Assembly: GCA_964575955.1 (NCBI GenBank)
Contig: CAZNTG010000011.1
Coordinates: forward strand, 1 to 62,399
Length of the DNA: 62,399 nt
Direction: 5' to 3'
DNA from: an uncultured Thermoproteaceae archaeon
GTDB lineage: Archaea > Thermoproteota > Thermoprotei > Thermoproteales > Thermocladiaceae
Part shown: piece after piece, positions 50,910-61,125 of the stretch
Numbering within the stretch: position 1 is the first letter of the stretch
Layout of the letters: each line of letters begins with the position of its first letter
The notes under the pieces: model-generated
Databases searched by the model: none
What the model was told of the DNA's origin: nothing
Seen by the model: only the letters and a program-made list of their open reading frames with translations
Translations under genes and position numbers: made by a program

Positions 50910-50965
50910 ATAGATGATGAAATTCCTTTAAAGTGAGAGATGAGCAAACACCCCTTTCTGATTTT
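50910..50965 (+). ncRNA. Box C/D guide sRNA (D' guide to the 16S central pseudoknot region)
   Basis: C ATGATGA 50914-20, guide AATTCCTTTAAA, D' GTGA 50933-36, C' ATGAGCA, guide AACACCCCTTT, D CTGA 50958-61. Confidence 0.82.
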
Positions 50966-51058
50966 AATGTTTCTTCATAAACTCTTCATGATGCATTTAA
51001 GAAATATGAGAGAAGTTTTATTAAAGGGGTCACACTTATAGCAGAGAAGTGGTTTAAC

Positions 51059-51343
51059 ATGAGATTCTGTCCTAGATGTAGATCCATACTCATACCTGTC
51101 AAGAGAGGTGATAAACAGATTCTCAGATGTTCAAGATGTGGATATGAAGAGGAAGTTACAGATAAGACTAGGAGTGACTATGTAACTAGAAGAGAAATTG
51201 CTGAAGAGAAGCATACAGGTGTTGCAATATCTAGAGAATCTGAAAGAGCTATGACAAGCGAAGAGAGAGAACTACTAGAAGACTACCATAAACAACTTCT
51301 AGAAAATCTATACGAAACTGAGAGAGAAAGTGAAGAAGATTAG
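51059..51343 (+). CDS. TFS/RpoM-like protein with N-terminal Zn ribbon only (TFS2-like)
   Basis: MRFCPRC...CSRCGY; no C-terminal Zn ribbon or DE motif; acidic tail. Confidence 0.75.
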   Translation: MRFCPRCRSILIPVKRGDKQILRCSRCGYEEEVTDKTRSDYVTRREIAEEKHTGVAISRESERAMTSEERELLEDYHKQLLENLYETERESEED

Positions 51344-51383
51344 GAAAAAACTTAATTAACAATATACAAGACAGGGAATAGTC

Positions 51384-51602
51384 ATGGGTAAGGAAGTTAA
51401 GGCTAGAGCACACACATGGTATGAGGTAGACTACAACACAGGAACAATAAAGTTCTTGAGAAGATTTTGCCCAAGATGTGGAAGTGTAATGGCATATCAT
51501 AAAGTTCCTGTACCTAGATGGCATTGTGGAAAATGTAATTACACAATATTTGAAGTACAGACAAAACCTACTGAAAAACCTGCAAAAGCTAAGAGAGGAT
51601 AA
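51384..51602 (+). CDS. rps27ae: 30S ribosomal protein eS31 (S27ae)
   Basis: CPRCGSVMAYH...RWHCGKCNYT. Confidence 0.93.
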   Translation: MGKEVKARAHTWYEVDYNTGTIKFLRRFCPRCGSVMAYHKVPVPRWHCGKCNYTIFEVQTKPTEKPAKAKRG

Positions 51603-51609
51603 CTAATTT

Positions 51610-53001
51610 ATGGAAGATTTAAAAATTGATACATACATACTTGAAGCATCTAGAGAGTTTAAAATCAAGATAATTAAAGAATATTTATCACCAATACTTG
51701 AAATCCCAAAAGTTATAATTGAGGAAGAGAGGAAGGATAGAGAGAGTATCTTAATGTTTAAAAATATTAAAGAATTTGAAAACTACATAGCAATTTCAAA
51801 CATTCTAAATACAAGAAGAAAACTTAGAAAATTATTAAATGCTAATAATGATGAAGATGTTTATAGAAAGATATTAAATGCTATAGATTCTATAGATAGT
51901 AAACTTGTAGGTATTGTAGAAGTTTCAAATCATGACTATAAGGTTTTGAAAGACTTTGATATCACAAAGTTTCCATTTGCAAAATTTTACGATAATGAAT
52001 ATGATAGATATCTAACATCAGGAGTTGTCATTGGTCTTGACATATCTACAGGATTTGTAAATATGTCTATCCATAGATTAACACCGATAGATAAAAATCA
52101 TCTTGTAATAAGACTTGTCCCTAGACATCTATACTCAATATGGTGTAGAAATAGAGATCTAGGTAAAGATACTCCTATAGCAATTGTGTGGACTATAAAT
52201 CCAGTATTTCTACTTGCTGCAGCATGTTCACCACCTTTTGGATATCCTGAATTGAATCTTATTGAAAAGTTTGTTGGCTTTCCTGTTAAAGTATTTTTTG
52301 ACGATTATGAAATTCCAATACCTGTAGATGCTGAAATTGTTATGATTGGTAAATTACTTAAAGAAGGACAACATATTGAAGGTCCTTATGCCGATATTTT
52401 AAGATTGTATGATGATGTTAGAATGCAACCAATAATAGAGATAGAGAAGGTGTATATTCAAAATTGGAGAAATAGAACATTTGTACACTATCTAGTTCCT
52501 GGACTTGGTGAACATAGAATACTTATGAGCATTGAGAAAGAAGCTAAAATTTGGAAGTATGTTAGTAATGTTGTACCTAAAGTTAAGGCTGTTAGATTAA
52601 CTCCAGGTGGTGGTTCTTGGCTTCATGCTGTAATATCGATATCTAAAAATACTGATGGTGATGCTAAGAATGCTATAATTGCAGCATTTGCAGCACATCC
52701 ATCACTTAAACATGTCGTAGTTGTTGATGATGATATTGATGTTGATGATCCTGAACAGGTAGAGTGGGCTATAGCAACAAGATTTAGAGCTGATGAAGAT
52801 CTAGTAATTATTAGAAATGTTAGAGGATCAACACTAGATCCATCATGTATAGATCAGTCTACTGGTCTTACAGTTAAGGTTGGTATTGATGCTACAAAAC
52901 CATTAAAGAATAGTCATAAATTTGAAATTGTGAAAAATAGTGTTCATGTTGAATATAGTTATGAAGAGTTGAGTAATGTAGATAGTATTGACTGGTTTTA
53001 G
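51610..53001 (+). CDS. ubiD: UbiD-family prFMN-dependent decarboxylase (possibly anhydromevalonate-phosphate decarboxylase)
   Basis: SIHRL, EGPYAD, VVVDDDID, WAIATRF, GSTLDPS, GIDATKP. Confidence 0.85.
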   Translation: MEDLKIDTYILEASREFKIKIIKEYLSPILEIPKVIIEEERKDRESILMFKNIKEFENYIAISNILNTRRKLRKLLNANNDEDVYRKILNAIDSIDSKLVGIVEVSNHDYKVLKDFDITKFPFAKFYDNEYDRYLTSGVVIGLDISTGFVNMSIHRLTPIDKNHLVIRLVPRHLYSIWCRNRDLGKDTPIAIVWTINPVFLLAAACSPPFGYPELNLIEKFVGFPVKVFFDDYEIPIPVDAEIVMIGKLLKEGQHIEGPYADILRLYDDVRMQPIIEIEKVYIQNWRNRTFVHYLVPGLGEHRILMSIEKEAKIWKYVSNVVPKVKAVRLTPGGGSWLHAVISISKNTDGDAKNAIIAAFAAHPSLKHVVVVDDDIDVDDPEQVEWAIATRFRADEDLVIIRNVRGSTLDPSCIDQSTGLTVKVGIDATKPLKNSHKFEIVKNSVHVEYSYEELSNVDSIDWF

Positions 53002-53038
53002 TTTTATAAATCTACACAGTAGTTAGACATAAGAAATA

Positions 53039-53683
53039 ATGAATACTACAGATGATGATAAGTTAAGACTTGATGGAATTACTGAGGAAGTTAGAAAATT
53101 CCTACTTGACTATATGACTATTCTAGAATTGAAGAGGAGAGTTGAAGAGAGATTGAAAGAGTTTGAAAGACAGAGACAACATGCTAAACATCATAGAAAG
53201 AAGATACGTCATGGAATTTCAGGTCTCAGATCAACACTTAGAAATCTTGATCATAGAAGAGAAGTGATAGTTAGAACTCTAGAAGCTAGAATTGCTAGGA
53301 GTGTAGGTGTTGTAGATATTCAAAATATTAAAATAGTTCCTAAACATCTAGCACAGGATGGTAAATGTGGTAGATACTATATTACAGAATTACAAAATAT
53401 TAATGTTGAATTAAAAACACCAATAATATTGATAATAGAAATACCAACATTAGAGGTCGATAAAGCTGAACAGCTTCTATATATTATTAATGAGATATTT
53501 AGAATATTTTCAAAACTTGGACTTTCAATAATTTTAGACTTAAAACGTTTAAAGATGGAAGATTCAGAATATGGTACTGCGATTGAATTATTGAAACGTA
53601 GTGGTTTCAATATTCAGGAAAGGTCTAGAGAGAAGGTTAGGAATGTTGTAATATACTACAATCCTGAAGAGGTAAATCTATAG
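53039..53683 (+). CDS. Hypothetical protein with N-terminal coiled coil
   Basis: 214-aa ORF in host codon style; no motif recognised. Confidence 0.6.
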   Translation: MNTTDDDKLRLDGITEEVRKFLLDYMTILELKRRVEERLKEFERQRQHAKHHRKKIRHGISGLRSTLRNLDHRREVIVRTLEARIARSVGVVDIQNIKIVPKHLAQDGKCGRYYITELQNINVELKTPIILIIEIPTLEVDKAEQLLYIINEIFRIFSKLGLSIILDLKRLKMEDSEYGTAIELLKRSGFNIQERSREKVRNVVIYYNPEEVNL

Positions 53684-53690
53684 CATCTAT

Positions 53691-53864
53691 CTACTTCTTA
53701 GTTTCTTGTTTAAGTTTGTAATAGTTTGCTAATATTGGACAATTCTTACCATCCGATAGACAATGTTCTATATATTTGCCTCTCCTCAATCTCCACTCTT
53801 CTGGAGGTATTAGTATGCATCTATCTCCATCTCTAGTGCTTTGATAAAATATGCATTTACCCAT
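53691..53864 (-). CDS. 57-aa four-Cys putative metal-binding protein (not in ORF track)
   Basis: MGKCIFYQSTRDGDRCILIPPEEWRLRRGKYIEHCLSDGKNCPILANYYKLKQETKK*; starts 2 nt after the GPN stop. Confidence 0.7.
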   Translation of the reverse strand: MGKCIFYQSTRDGDRCILIPPEEWRLRRGKYIEHCLSDGKNCPILANYYKLKQETKK

Positions 53865-53866
53865 AT

Positions 53867-54646
53867 CTACTCAACATAGTCATAGTCTTGACCTCCAATA
53901 TATATTTGATGAAGAACTCTATAGAGTTCATCAAGTCCTTCACCTGTCTTTGCTGATACTGGTATTAGTCTAGATATTGTGCCCATTGCTGATATTACTT
54001 CACTAATCTTCTCACTAAGCATTAGTTCAAGTTTTCCTCCAAATCTTTCAACTTCCATATTTAGAGCGTTTAGAAGTTCTTCAGGTTCTTCAGCCCATGA
54101 TAATATCTGTTCGATGGTTCCTTTATCAACTAGGTCTATCTTATTTAAAACATTTACTTGAGGTTTATTAAATTTGAATTGTGATGATAGTGATAGTAAC
54201 ATTGATGATATAAATCCTGTAGGTGTCTTAGCATATACTGAATCTATAACAAAAACTATAGCACTACGTTCAGCACTTAGCTTAGATATTAGTAGTGGTC
54301 CACTACCTCTAAATGCAAATATCTCCATCTGACCTGGAGTATCTATAAGTATGTATGTTGCACCGATTGAGTGTATTATTTCTCTAATCTTGTCTGCATT
54401 AACTATGAGTGTGTCAACTGCAGCTAATATTGATGCATTTGGCCCTAACTTGTACTTCTTAGCTATTTTTCTAGCAGATACAATATCTCTAACATCTACA
54501 TCAGCTATGTATGGTAGATAGTCAACAGCTGGATCAAGATTTACTAAAGCTACATCATAACCCTCTCTTTCAAGCCATTCTCCAAATGAGCTTACTAGAG
54601 TTGTCTTTCCACTACCTGCAGTACCTATGAAGAATACTGTAAACAT
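53867..54646 (-). CDS. GPN-loop GTPase
   Basis: GTAGSGKT, NLDPA, LGPN, DTPGQME, NKID, SAK. Confidence 0.93.
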   Translation of the reverse strand: MFTVFFIGTAGSGKTTLVSSFGEWLEREGYDVALVNLDPAVDYLPYIADVDVRDIVSARKIAKKYKLGPNASILAAVDTLIVNADKIREIIHSIGATYILIDTPGQMEIFAFRGSGPLLISKLSAERSAIVFVIDSVYAKTPTGFISSMLLSLSSQFKFNKPQVNVLNKIDLVDKGTIEQILSWAEEPEELLNALNMEVERFGGKLELMLSEKISEVISAMGTISRLIPVSAKTGEGLDELYRVLHQIYIGGQDYDYVE

Positions 54647-54679
54647 ATCTACACTCGAAATCTCTAACTACTTAGATAT

Positions 54680-55225
54680 TTAAGATGGTTGCTTTAAGAC
54701 TTTTAGAAGTACTAGATCATCATAATCATATATCTTCCACATAAGATCATACTCATCCTCAATATTAGCACCAATATTTTTCAAAATTCTATATGCAGTA
54801 TACCAATCAACAATTAGATATCCAAGTTTTTTAAATAGATTAATTACAGGTATATTATATTCCTGTGTTGTTGCTATAATAGCAGAAACATCCCTACTCT
54901 TAAAAACATTCTCGCAATATTCTACAAGTCTTCTACCAATACCTCTACCTCTAAAATCTCTCCTAACACACATATAGTAAATATGTCCAACATCTATACC
55001 AATATTAACAACTTTAAACTCAATAAATCCCACAACATCATTACAAACCTCTGCAACATATACTTCATGATTTTTTAAACCCCTCTTAGCATAATATGCA
55101 TGCCAATTAGAAAAGCATGAATCTATTAAATTTTTAATCTTATCAAGATCCTTCTTACAAACTTTCCTAATTACAACATTTAAACCATCAACATTTATAA
55201 GAAACCTAGACATATCTTCTAACAT
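54680..55225 (-). CDS. GNAT family N-acetyltransferase
   Basis: CV...FRGRGIG, N.PVINLFKKLGY. Confidence 0.85.
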   Translation of the reverse strand: MLEDMSRFLINVDGLNVVIRKVCKKDLDKIKNLIDSCFSNWHAYYAKRGLKNHEVYVAEVCNDVVGFIEFKVVNIGIDVGHIYYMCVRRDFRGRGIGRRLVEYCENVFKSRDVSAIIATTQEYNIPVINLFKKLGYLIVDWYTAYRILKNIGANIEDEYDLMWKIYDYDDLVLLKVLKQPS

Positions 55226-55565
55226 AGATAAACACTACCCTCATTATAAAACTGAGCGTTTTAAGATGCAGATAGAATGATTTATATCTAAAATCTTCAG
55301 GATGTAATTGTTAAGAGATTTTCTTCACAGACTATCACAGGAAGAGGATATATAAGGGAGTATAGGTAGAGTTTATTCATAATTTAAATAAATTTCAGGA
55401 AATTTCACTAGTATACATCCCTATCATCTATATTAAAGAGGTAGGATTGCACATATGTAGAATCTAACTCTAAATATCAGGATTATGAGAAAAGAGAAAA
55501 ACAGATAGGTAAAGAGTTTTGACAAACTTTTATAGATAGACAAGTTACAACGTAGTGAAACTACT

Positions 55566-56252
55566 ATGAGACGTACAGTCCTGATAGCAACTTTAGCCAC
55601 TACAATAATTGCATTAATATTCATAGGAGCTATAATGGCGTCAGCAACACGTTTCGCAATATCACAATAAACCGTGAGTGTTAATGTTCATGTACCAACT
55701 ACATACACTATGAAGTTCATGCCGTACAGTGGAGTTAATGTAAAGACACAAGCACAAAACATACCGATCACAGACATCTATGTAGTACCTCCAAAAGGCT
55801 ATAGATGTATGGGAGGAAACTGCCATGACTACCTCTACATACTATTCAATCAAAGCGAATTTACAAATTATATGAATAGTAATCCAAATGGTATTGTCAT
55901 ATGTATAAAGATTGTTGAAGGAACAAGCACAGTATACACAGCATGTAAGATCATTGCACCAACAGGAAGCGGATCTTACGGCGTCTTCTTCTACGATTTC
56001 CAAAATATGAAAATCATGAGATCATGTGGTCAAAATGGAATGGATACAGATTCAGGAGTCATGATGAACTATTGTAGATGTGTAAATTGTCCATGTAGAA
56101 ACAAGTATGTCGTTATAAGATTTGCACTTACATCATGCATAAACGGACAGGAGAAAGAATATTCACTACCATGGCAGCCTAAAGATCTACAGAATATAAA
56201 CATCTACGTAATTGCAGAAGCATCATCACCGCCGGCATCAGGAACATCATAA
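55566..56252 (+). pseudogene. Secreted Cys-rich protein (putative SipW-processed fibre subunit) interrupted by in-frame TAA at 55668
   Basis: ATG 55566 gives MRRTVLIATLATTIIALIFIGAIMASATRFAISQ*, in frame with the 192-aa ORF at 55674. Confidence 0.65.
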
Positions 56253-56272
56253 TTTAAATTTAAAATAGTAAT

Positions 56273-57838
56273 ATGACATTTTTCTAAAAAGTTTGTATAT
56301 ACATATTTAATACTTATCATAATACTATTACTAATCTTCATAATACTGTTCTGTCCTATAAGATTTGGAGGTAATACAGGATACTTCTCTATAGATACTA
56401 GATCTATGGTACCCTCCCTATATCCGGGAGATCTCGTAATTACAAAACCAGCAGAGAACTATCATGTAGGAGATATTGTTGCATATATAGCACCTGGAGG
56501 ATATGTTATTATTCATAGGATAGTTGGACGTGTGAATTCTACATGCTACATAACTAAGGGTGATGCTAATCCTGTTCCTGATCCCTGGATCGTGTGTAAG
56601 AATAATATAGTTGGCAAAGTTATACTAAGAATACCACTACTAGGCTATGTACTAGACTTCGTTAAAAGTAATCCAATAATGCTTGTCTTAGCAGCGTCAC
56701 TTCTTGGAGTTGTAATATCACTACCTGTAATTGCAGTCTATCTTCATGAAGGTAGGTCAGAAATTAAGATTAGCACCGTGGAGTATACTAGACGTAGGGA
56801 TTATCCTAAACTAAGTACTAGAACTCTCATAATATTAACAATTGGAGTTGCAATATTGACACTAGCTATGACCTGTGCAATGTATGTTAATATATCTAAA
56901 TTAAAAGATTACAGAGTTGTTACATTAAAAATAAGACTTTCAGTGTATTATTTAATGTTAGTCGTGTAATATCACTAACAGACAATGCATTATATAGAAA
57001 TAGAACATTAATAAACTCAAAGTATGTATATATAAAGATAGTTAAATTAATAACACTGAAGCCTACGTTTAAACTTAAGACATATACTAACAATACATCA
57101 ATTAGAGTACTATATTGCAACATGATAGTTCTACTTAAAGCCTTACATGAATATGGATGGACGAAGATACTATACGTCTCAAATAAATGCAATAATTCAA
57201 TAGTAGCTTTGAATATTACGAAGATAATAAATACGATAAGAAGAATAAGTAGTGAGACAGGAGTGTGGTCAACATTCTATAACATAATTCTCAAGATGAA
57301 TATTCTCCTTGAAGAATACTCTAATAATAGACTACGTTTCAGATCTATACATGGTGAATGTATACTGACTATAGATTTTGATGATAATATAATTAAATTC
57401 AAAAATTGTACATCAATATACACATTCTATAAGTATTATACTGTTAAGAGATTAGTAACAGTACCAACATTTATAGGAAACATACCTGTACGTAATTTGA
57501 AAATCATATCACTATTACTAATACCTCTCCCAATAATATCAATAATAATATCAACAATACCATATATGAGAGATAGAAGAGTTTTAAAAGGTAGGTATAC
57601 TGTAAAAGACATATTCGACATCTATGGTGATAATATAGTTGAAGGTGATTTAAAAGCTACATTACCTAGAAATGTGGAGGTAGTATATGTAAATAATTTC
57701 AATGATCTAGTGAAAATATCTAAAGGTTTAAAGGTGCCTATAATGCATAGCTTAGAAAAACTTGGCTATGGAAAAACTTTACACATATTCTATGTCGTAT
57801 ATAATAATAAGGCATATTTATACGAGATTACCGAGTAG
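56273..57838 (+). pseudogene. Signal peptidase I (SipW/S26B) fused to a DUF5305-like membrane domain, broken by two frameshifts
   Basis: SMVPSLYPGDLVI, IIHRI, TKGDAN..PDP, IPLLGY; ATG 56273 out of frame at T5 (56279-83); second shift near A5 (56927-31); downstream frame open from 56900. Confidence 0.7.
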
Positions 57839-58712
57839 TCCTACAAACATCACCTAACATACATTCTCCACATCTCGATTTTGTACAGAATTCTCTATCA
57901 ATAACATAGCTCACAGTCTGTATCCATGAGCTTAGTCTGCCGAAGTATTTGTATGTTAGACCTGTTACACATCTACTACTTCTTGGACAGGTGTCACATG
58001 TATATTTTATGCAGTAGTTCTTTGATGGATATGTAATTTCAATATTTTTAAATAATTTAAACTTCTTTATAAATCTTGAATAGTGTATGTCTGTTGGTGC
58101 TATTTCAGTTGTACATTTTGTAAATATTAAGAATGCATCTGCAACTTTTGGACCAACATACTTAATTTTTAATAATCTTCTTCTAATATTCCAGAAGTTA
58201 TCTTCAATATCTATATCTAGAAGCTCTTGAAAAACTTCTGAAAGTTGAACTATTTGATAACTAGTACCAATTTTCAACACTATGTCTCTATCTAAGTATT
58301 GTAGATTATCTGTTAATTCACATAGCTTATGTATCCATCTAATGACGTTGGTGTAGTAATCTGTATTTCTTGATAGAAATGTTGATATAAGTATTATTTT
58401 ATAATCTTGTCTTGATACTGAGATTCTTATACAGGATACCTTCTCTATGAGTATATCTATAAAATCTCTATAATCTCTAGAAACGTCACTTACATATCTC
58501 TCAGGTTCATACCATAGTCCTGTGATATCCATAACATATTCAAAATCTTCACAACTTTCTACCTCAACAATGTTATTAATCTGTCTCAAAGTTAAGCCCT
58601 TACAATATCCACAAATCTTCACATACTTCCCATCTTCAAATTTAAACATTGTTAATGTAAAGCTTGGATATAAAGTGTATTTTAGAGAATAGTTCTTAAC
58701 TTCTAACTTCAT
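57828..58712 (-). CDS. HhH-GPD superfamily DNA glycosylase/lyase
   Basis: LLKIKYVGPKVADAFLIF helix-hairpin-helix, APTDIH; Cys clusters. Confidence 0.78.
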   Translation of the reverse strand: MKLEVKNYSLKYTLYPSFTLTMFKFEDGKYVKICGYCKGLTLRQINNIVEVESCEDFEYVMDITGLWYEPERYVSDVSRDYRDFIDILIEKVSCIRISVSRQDYKIILISTFLSRNTDYYTNVIRWIHKLCELTDNLQYLDRDIVLKIGTSYQIVQLSEVFQELLDIDIEDNFWNIRRRLLKIKYVGPKVADAFLIFTKCTTEIAPTDIHYSRFIKKFKLFKNIEITYPSKNYCIKYTCDTCPRSSRCVTGLTYKYFGRLSSWIQTVSYVIDREFCTKSRCGECMLGDVCRTTR

Positions 58713-58714
58713 TA

Positions 58715-59518
58715 TTATATCATGAAGCTTGGAATATTGTCAGGAGTTACAGCTTTAATTGGTTTTAAATTGTATTTTTGTAATAATTTAACAACATGTG
58801 GATATAGTATCACATATTCAGGATCTAGTGCTTCTTCAAATATTGGATGTATATTTCTTAGTAAGTCTATAAATTTCTCAATTTCATCATCTGTTGAGAA
58901 GCTTAACATAACTGCAGGATATACTTGCTCTCCTGGCTTCATTCCATATTCTATAAGTTTTTCAAGAGCTTTCAACTGTATGTAGAAGTATTCAGGTTTT
59001 GCACCTGTAATTTTATGAAATGTTTCAGGACTTGTACCTTTTATTGATACTCTAACTATAAGCTTACTATATTTTGATAATTTCTTTGCAAAATCATCAT
59101 CTATCCCAATCTCTATACCGTTTGTCTCAAGTATAAATTTTATCTTTATATTCATCTTCTCTAATTTATCAAGCATTGATATTAGGTGTTGTTTTGATAT
59201 TGTTGGTTCAGCACCACTAAGTCTTATATATCTATAACCTCTCTCTAATGCTATTGATAGTATTTTTGATAATGCTTTTTCAGGTGTGTAAAATGTTCCT
59301 GTATCAACTCTATAGGAACCTCTACTCCAAGACCAGCAAAATCTACATCTCATATTACATCCAACAACATCGCCTGTAGCAATACCACCATACCATTTCC
59401 CACCTCTAAACCTGTAATATCTTCTCAACTCTACACCATTCTCAATTCTACAAACTTTATCATATATTGCTCTTCCAAGCTGAATAGGATCATAACCTTT
59501 AGACACGTATATATTCAA
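58715..59518 (-). CDS. Radical SAM protein
   Basis: YGGIATGDVVGCNMRCRFCW, RLSGAEP, FILETNG, VRVSIKG. Confidence 0.82.
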   Translation of the reverse strand: MNIYVSKGYDPIQLGRAIYDKVCRIENGVELRRYYRFRGGKWYGGIATGDVVGCNMRCRFCWSWSRGSYRVDTGTFYTPEKALSKILSIALERGYRYIRLSGAEPTISKQHLISMLDKLEKMNIKIKFILETNGIEIGIDDDFAKKLSKYSKLIVRVSIKGTSPETFHKITGAKPEYFYIQLKALEKLIEYGMKPGEQVYPAVMLSFSTDDEIEKFIDLLRNIHPIFEEALDPEYVILYPHVVKLLQKYNLKPIKAVTPDNIPSFMI

Positions 59519-60298
59519 CTATCCTCTTCTTATTGGTATTCCTCTTCTCTTAACAACCTTATCACAATACTTGCCCATCAATATTGATATAGTTGAAATA
59601 GTTATGAAATAGATTGGAGATAGTAGGTATAGTAGATCTATCGGTAGATAATTTGAAGAGTATGCAGCTCTAAGTAAATCTGCAGCAAGTGTTGTCGGAA
59701 TTATGAAAGATAAAGTACCACTAGTAAATTGAGGTGGTATTACTGTACCTATAAGGAATATAAATTCGAAAAGACTAATCCAAGCAACTTCAACAGGAGA
59801 GAGGACTAGTATAATTCCAGTCAATGTTGAACCAAGTAGAAATAGAGGAAGAGAACATATGAGACCTATGATAAACATAGTTAATGATTTTGGAACTATG
59901 TACATAATAGATATCTTGACATACATAGTAGCTATTGAGAAGATAGTTATGAAAGATATTAGTGGAATTAGAAGACCATCAGTTAAGATACATATTATAG
60001 AATATTCTAAAATACCTACACCACACTCAATAAATAGATCCGTCAAACCTTGATAATAGTAAAATCTAAAATAGTCAACACTAGTCCAAACACCACTTGA
60101 AACTATATTAAAAGTTAATATACCTGGAAAATATGTATAGAGAGTTTTTATAGGATTTGGAGATAATACAAGCGCTGGACAAACTACGATAATTATCCAA
60201 AGTATAGTACTTACTAGATATGCAATATATGAAGACTTGTGAAATTTTACAAGTCTAATACCTAGGTATACAAATTTTAAATATTTACGAATATTCAT
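59519..60298 (-). CDS. ABC-2 type exporter permease
   Basis: About 6 TM; operonic with the ABC ATPase. Confidence 0.7.
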   Translation of the reverse strand: MNIRKYLKFVYLGIRLVKFHKSSYIAYLVSTILWIIIVVCPALVLSPNPIKTLYTYFPGILTFNIVSSGVWTSVDYFRFYYYQGLTDLFIECGVGILEYSIICILTDGLLIPLISFITIFSIATMYVKISIMYIVPKSLTMFIIGLICSLPLFLLGSTLTGIILVLSPVEVAWISLFEFIFLIGTVIPPQFTSGTLSFIIPTTLAADLLRAAYSSNYLPIDLLYLLSPIYFITISTISILMGKYCDKVVKRRGIPIRRG

Positions 60299-61125
60299 AG
60301 ACCTCTTCTAATATACTTGTCAGACTTTAAAGATACTACTACAGAAGTTGATATGTACAATGTGAGAAGTATTACAAATATGATAATCATACTCTTAACA
60401 ATAGTATTTTTAAGTAGTAAATTTTGAAGTATAATGCATATCTCAGGTAGTGGTGTCGTATACGCTAGAATTCTTATAAATATTGGTACGAAGTTTATAG
60501 GTATAAAAATTCCAGTTCCAGCTATAATAGCAGGTACAAAAACTTGAGATATTATCCATGGTCTTTTAACATTTAATATTAACGCTACAGGTAGTGATAT
60601 TATTAATGTATAGTATGCTAATGCTATACCTGTGATTATAAATATTGGAAGTAGTATTAAATATGTAAATAACCCACTAAGATTAGACACAATAAGTAAT
60701 GTTGGAATTAGATATATTGTTGATACAATACTTGAGATAATTCCACTAACAAGTGCATAAGCCATATAGTATAGGTATAGATCTACACTTTGAGCAATCA
60801 TATATATAACCTCTGTAAAATTTATCTCATAGATAACTATTTGAGACACGGATCCTACAATATCTGCAACTATTGACAATAATCCTGAAAGTGATATTAA
60901 TGCTGCAACTATCTTACTTAGAGAAATATTATTACTCACCTGAAATATTTGTATAAACCTATGTATAAACTTTGAAGTACCACCAACACTGATAGCAATT
61001 CCAATTATTGAAATTGCGAAAAATATAGATATGAAGGATAGCACTACATACTCTCCAATGTTATTTCTTATGAATATAAACTCTCTATATACTAATGCTT
61101 TAACTATGTTTAAAAATTTCATCAA
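60295..61125 (-). CDS. ABC-2 type exporter permease
   Basis: About 6 TM, GIFIPINFVP..IRILAYTTPL. Confidence 0.75.
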   Translation of the reverse strand: MMKFLNIVKALVYREFIFIRNNIGEYVVLSFISIFFAISIIGIAISVGGTSKFIHRFIQIFQVSNNISLSKIVAALISLSGLLSIVADIVGSVSQIVIYEINFTEVIYMIAQSVDLYLYYMAYALVSGIISSIVSTIYLIPTLLIVSNLSGLFTYLILLPIFIITGIALAYYTLIISLPVALILNVKRPWIISQVFVPAIIAGTGIFIPINFVPIFIRILAYTTPLPEICIILQNLLLKNTIVKSMIIIFVILLTLYISTSVVVSLKSDKYIRRGL

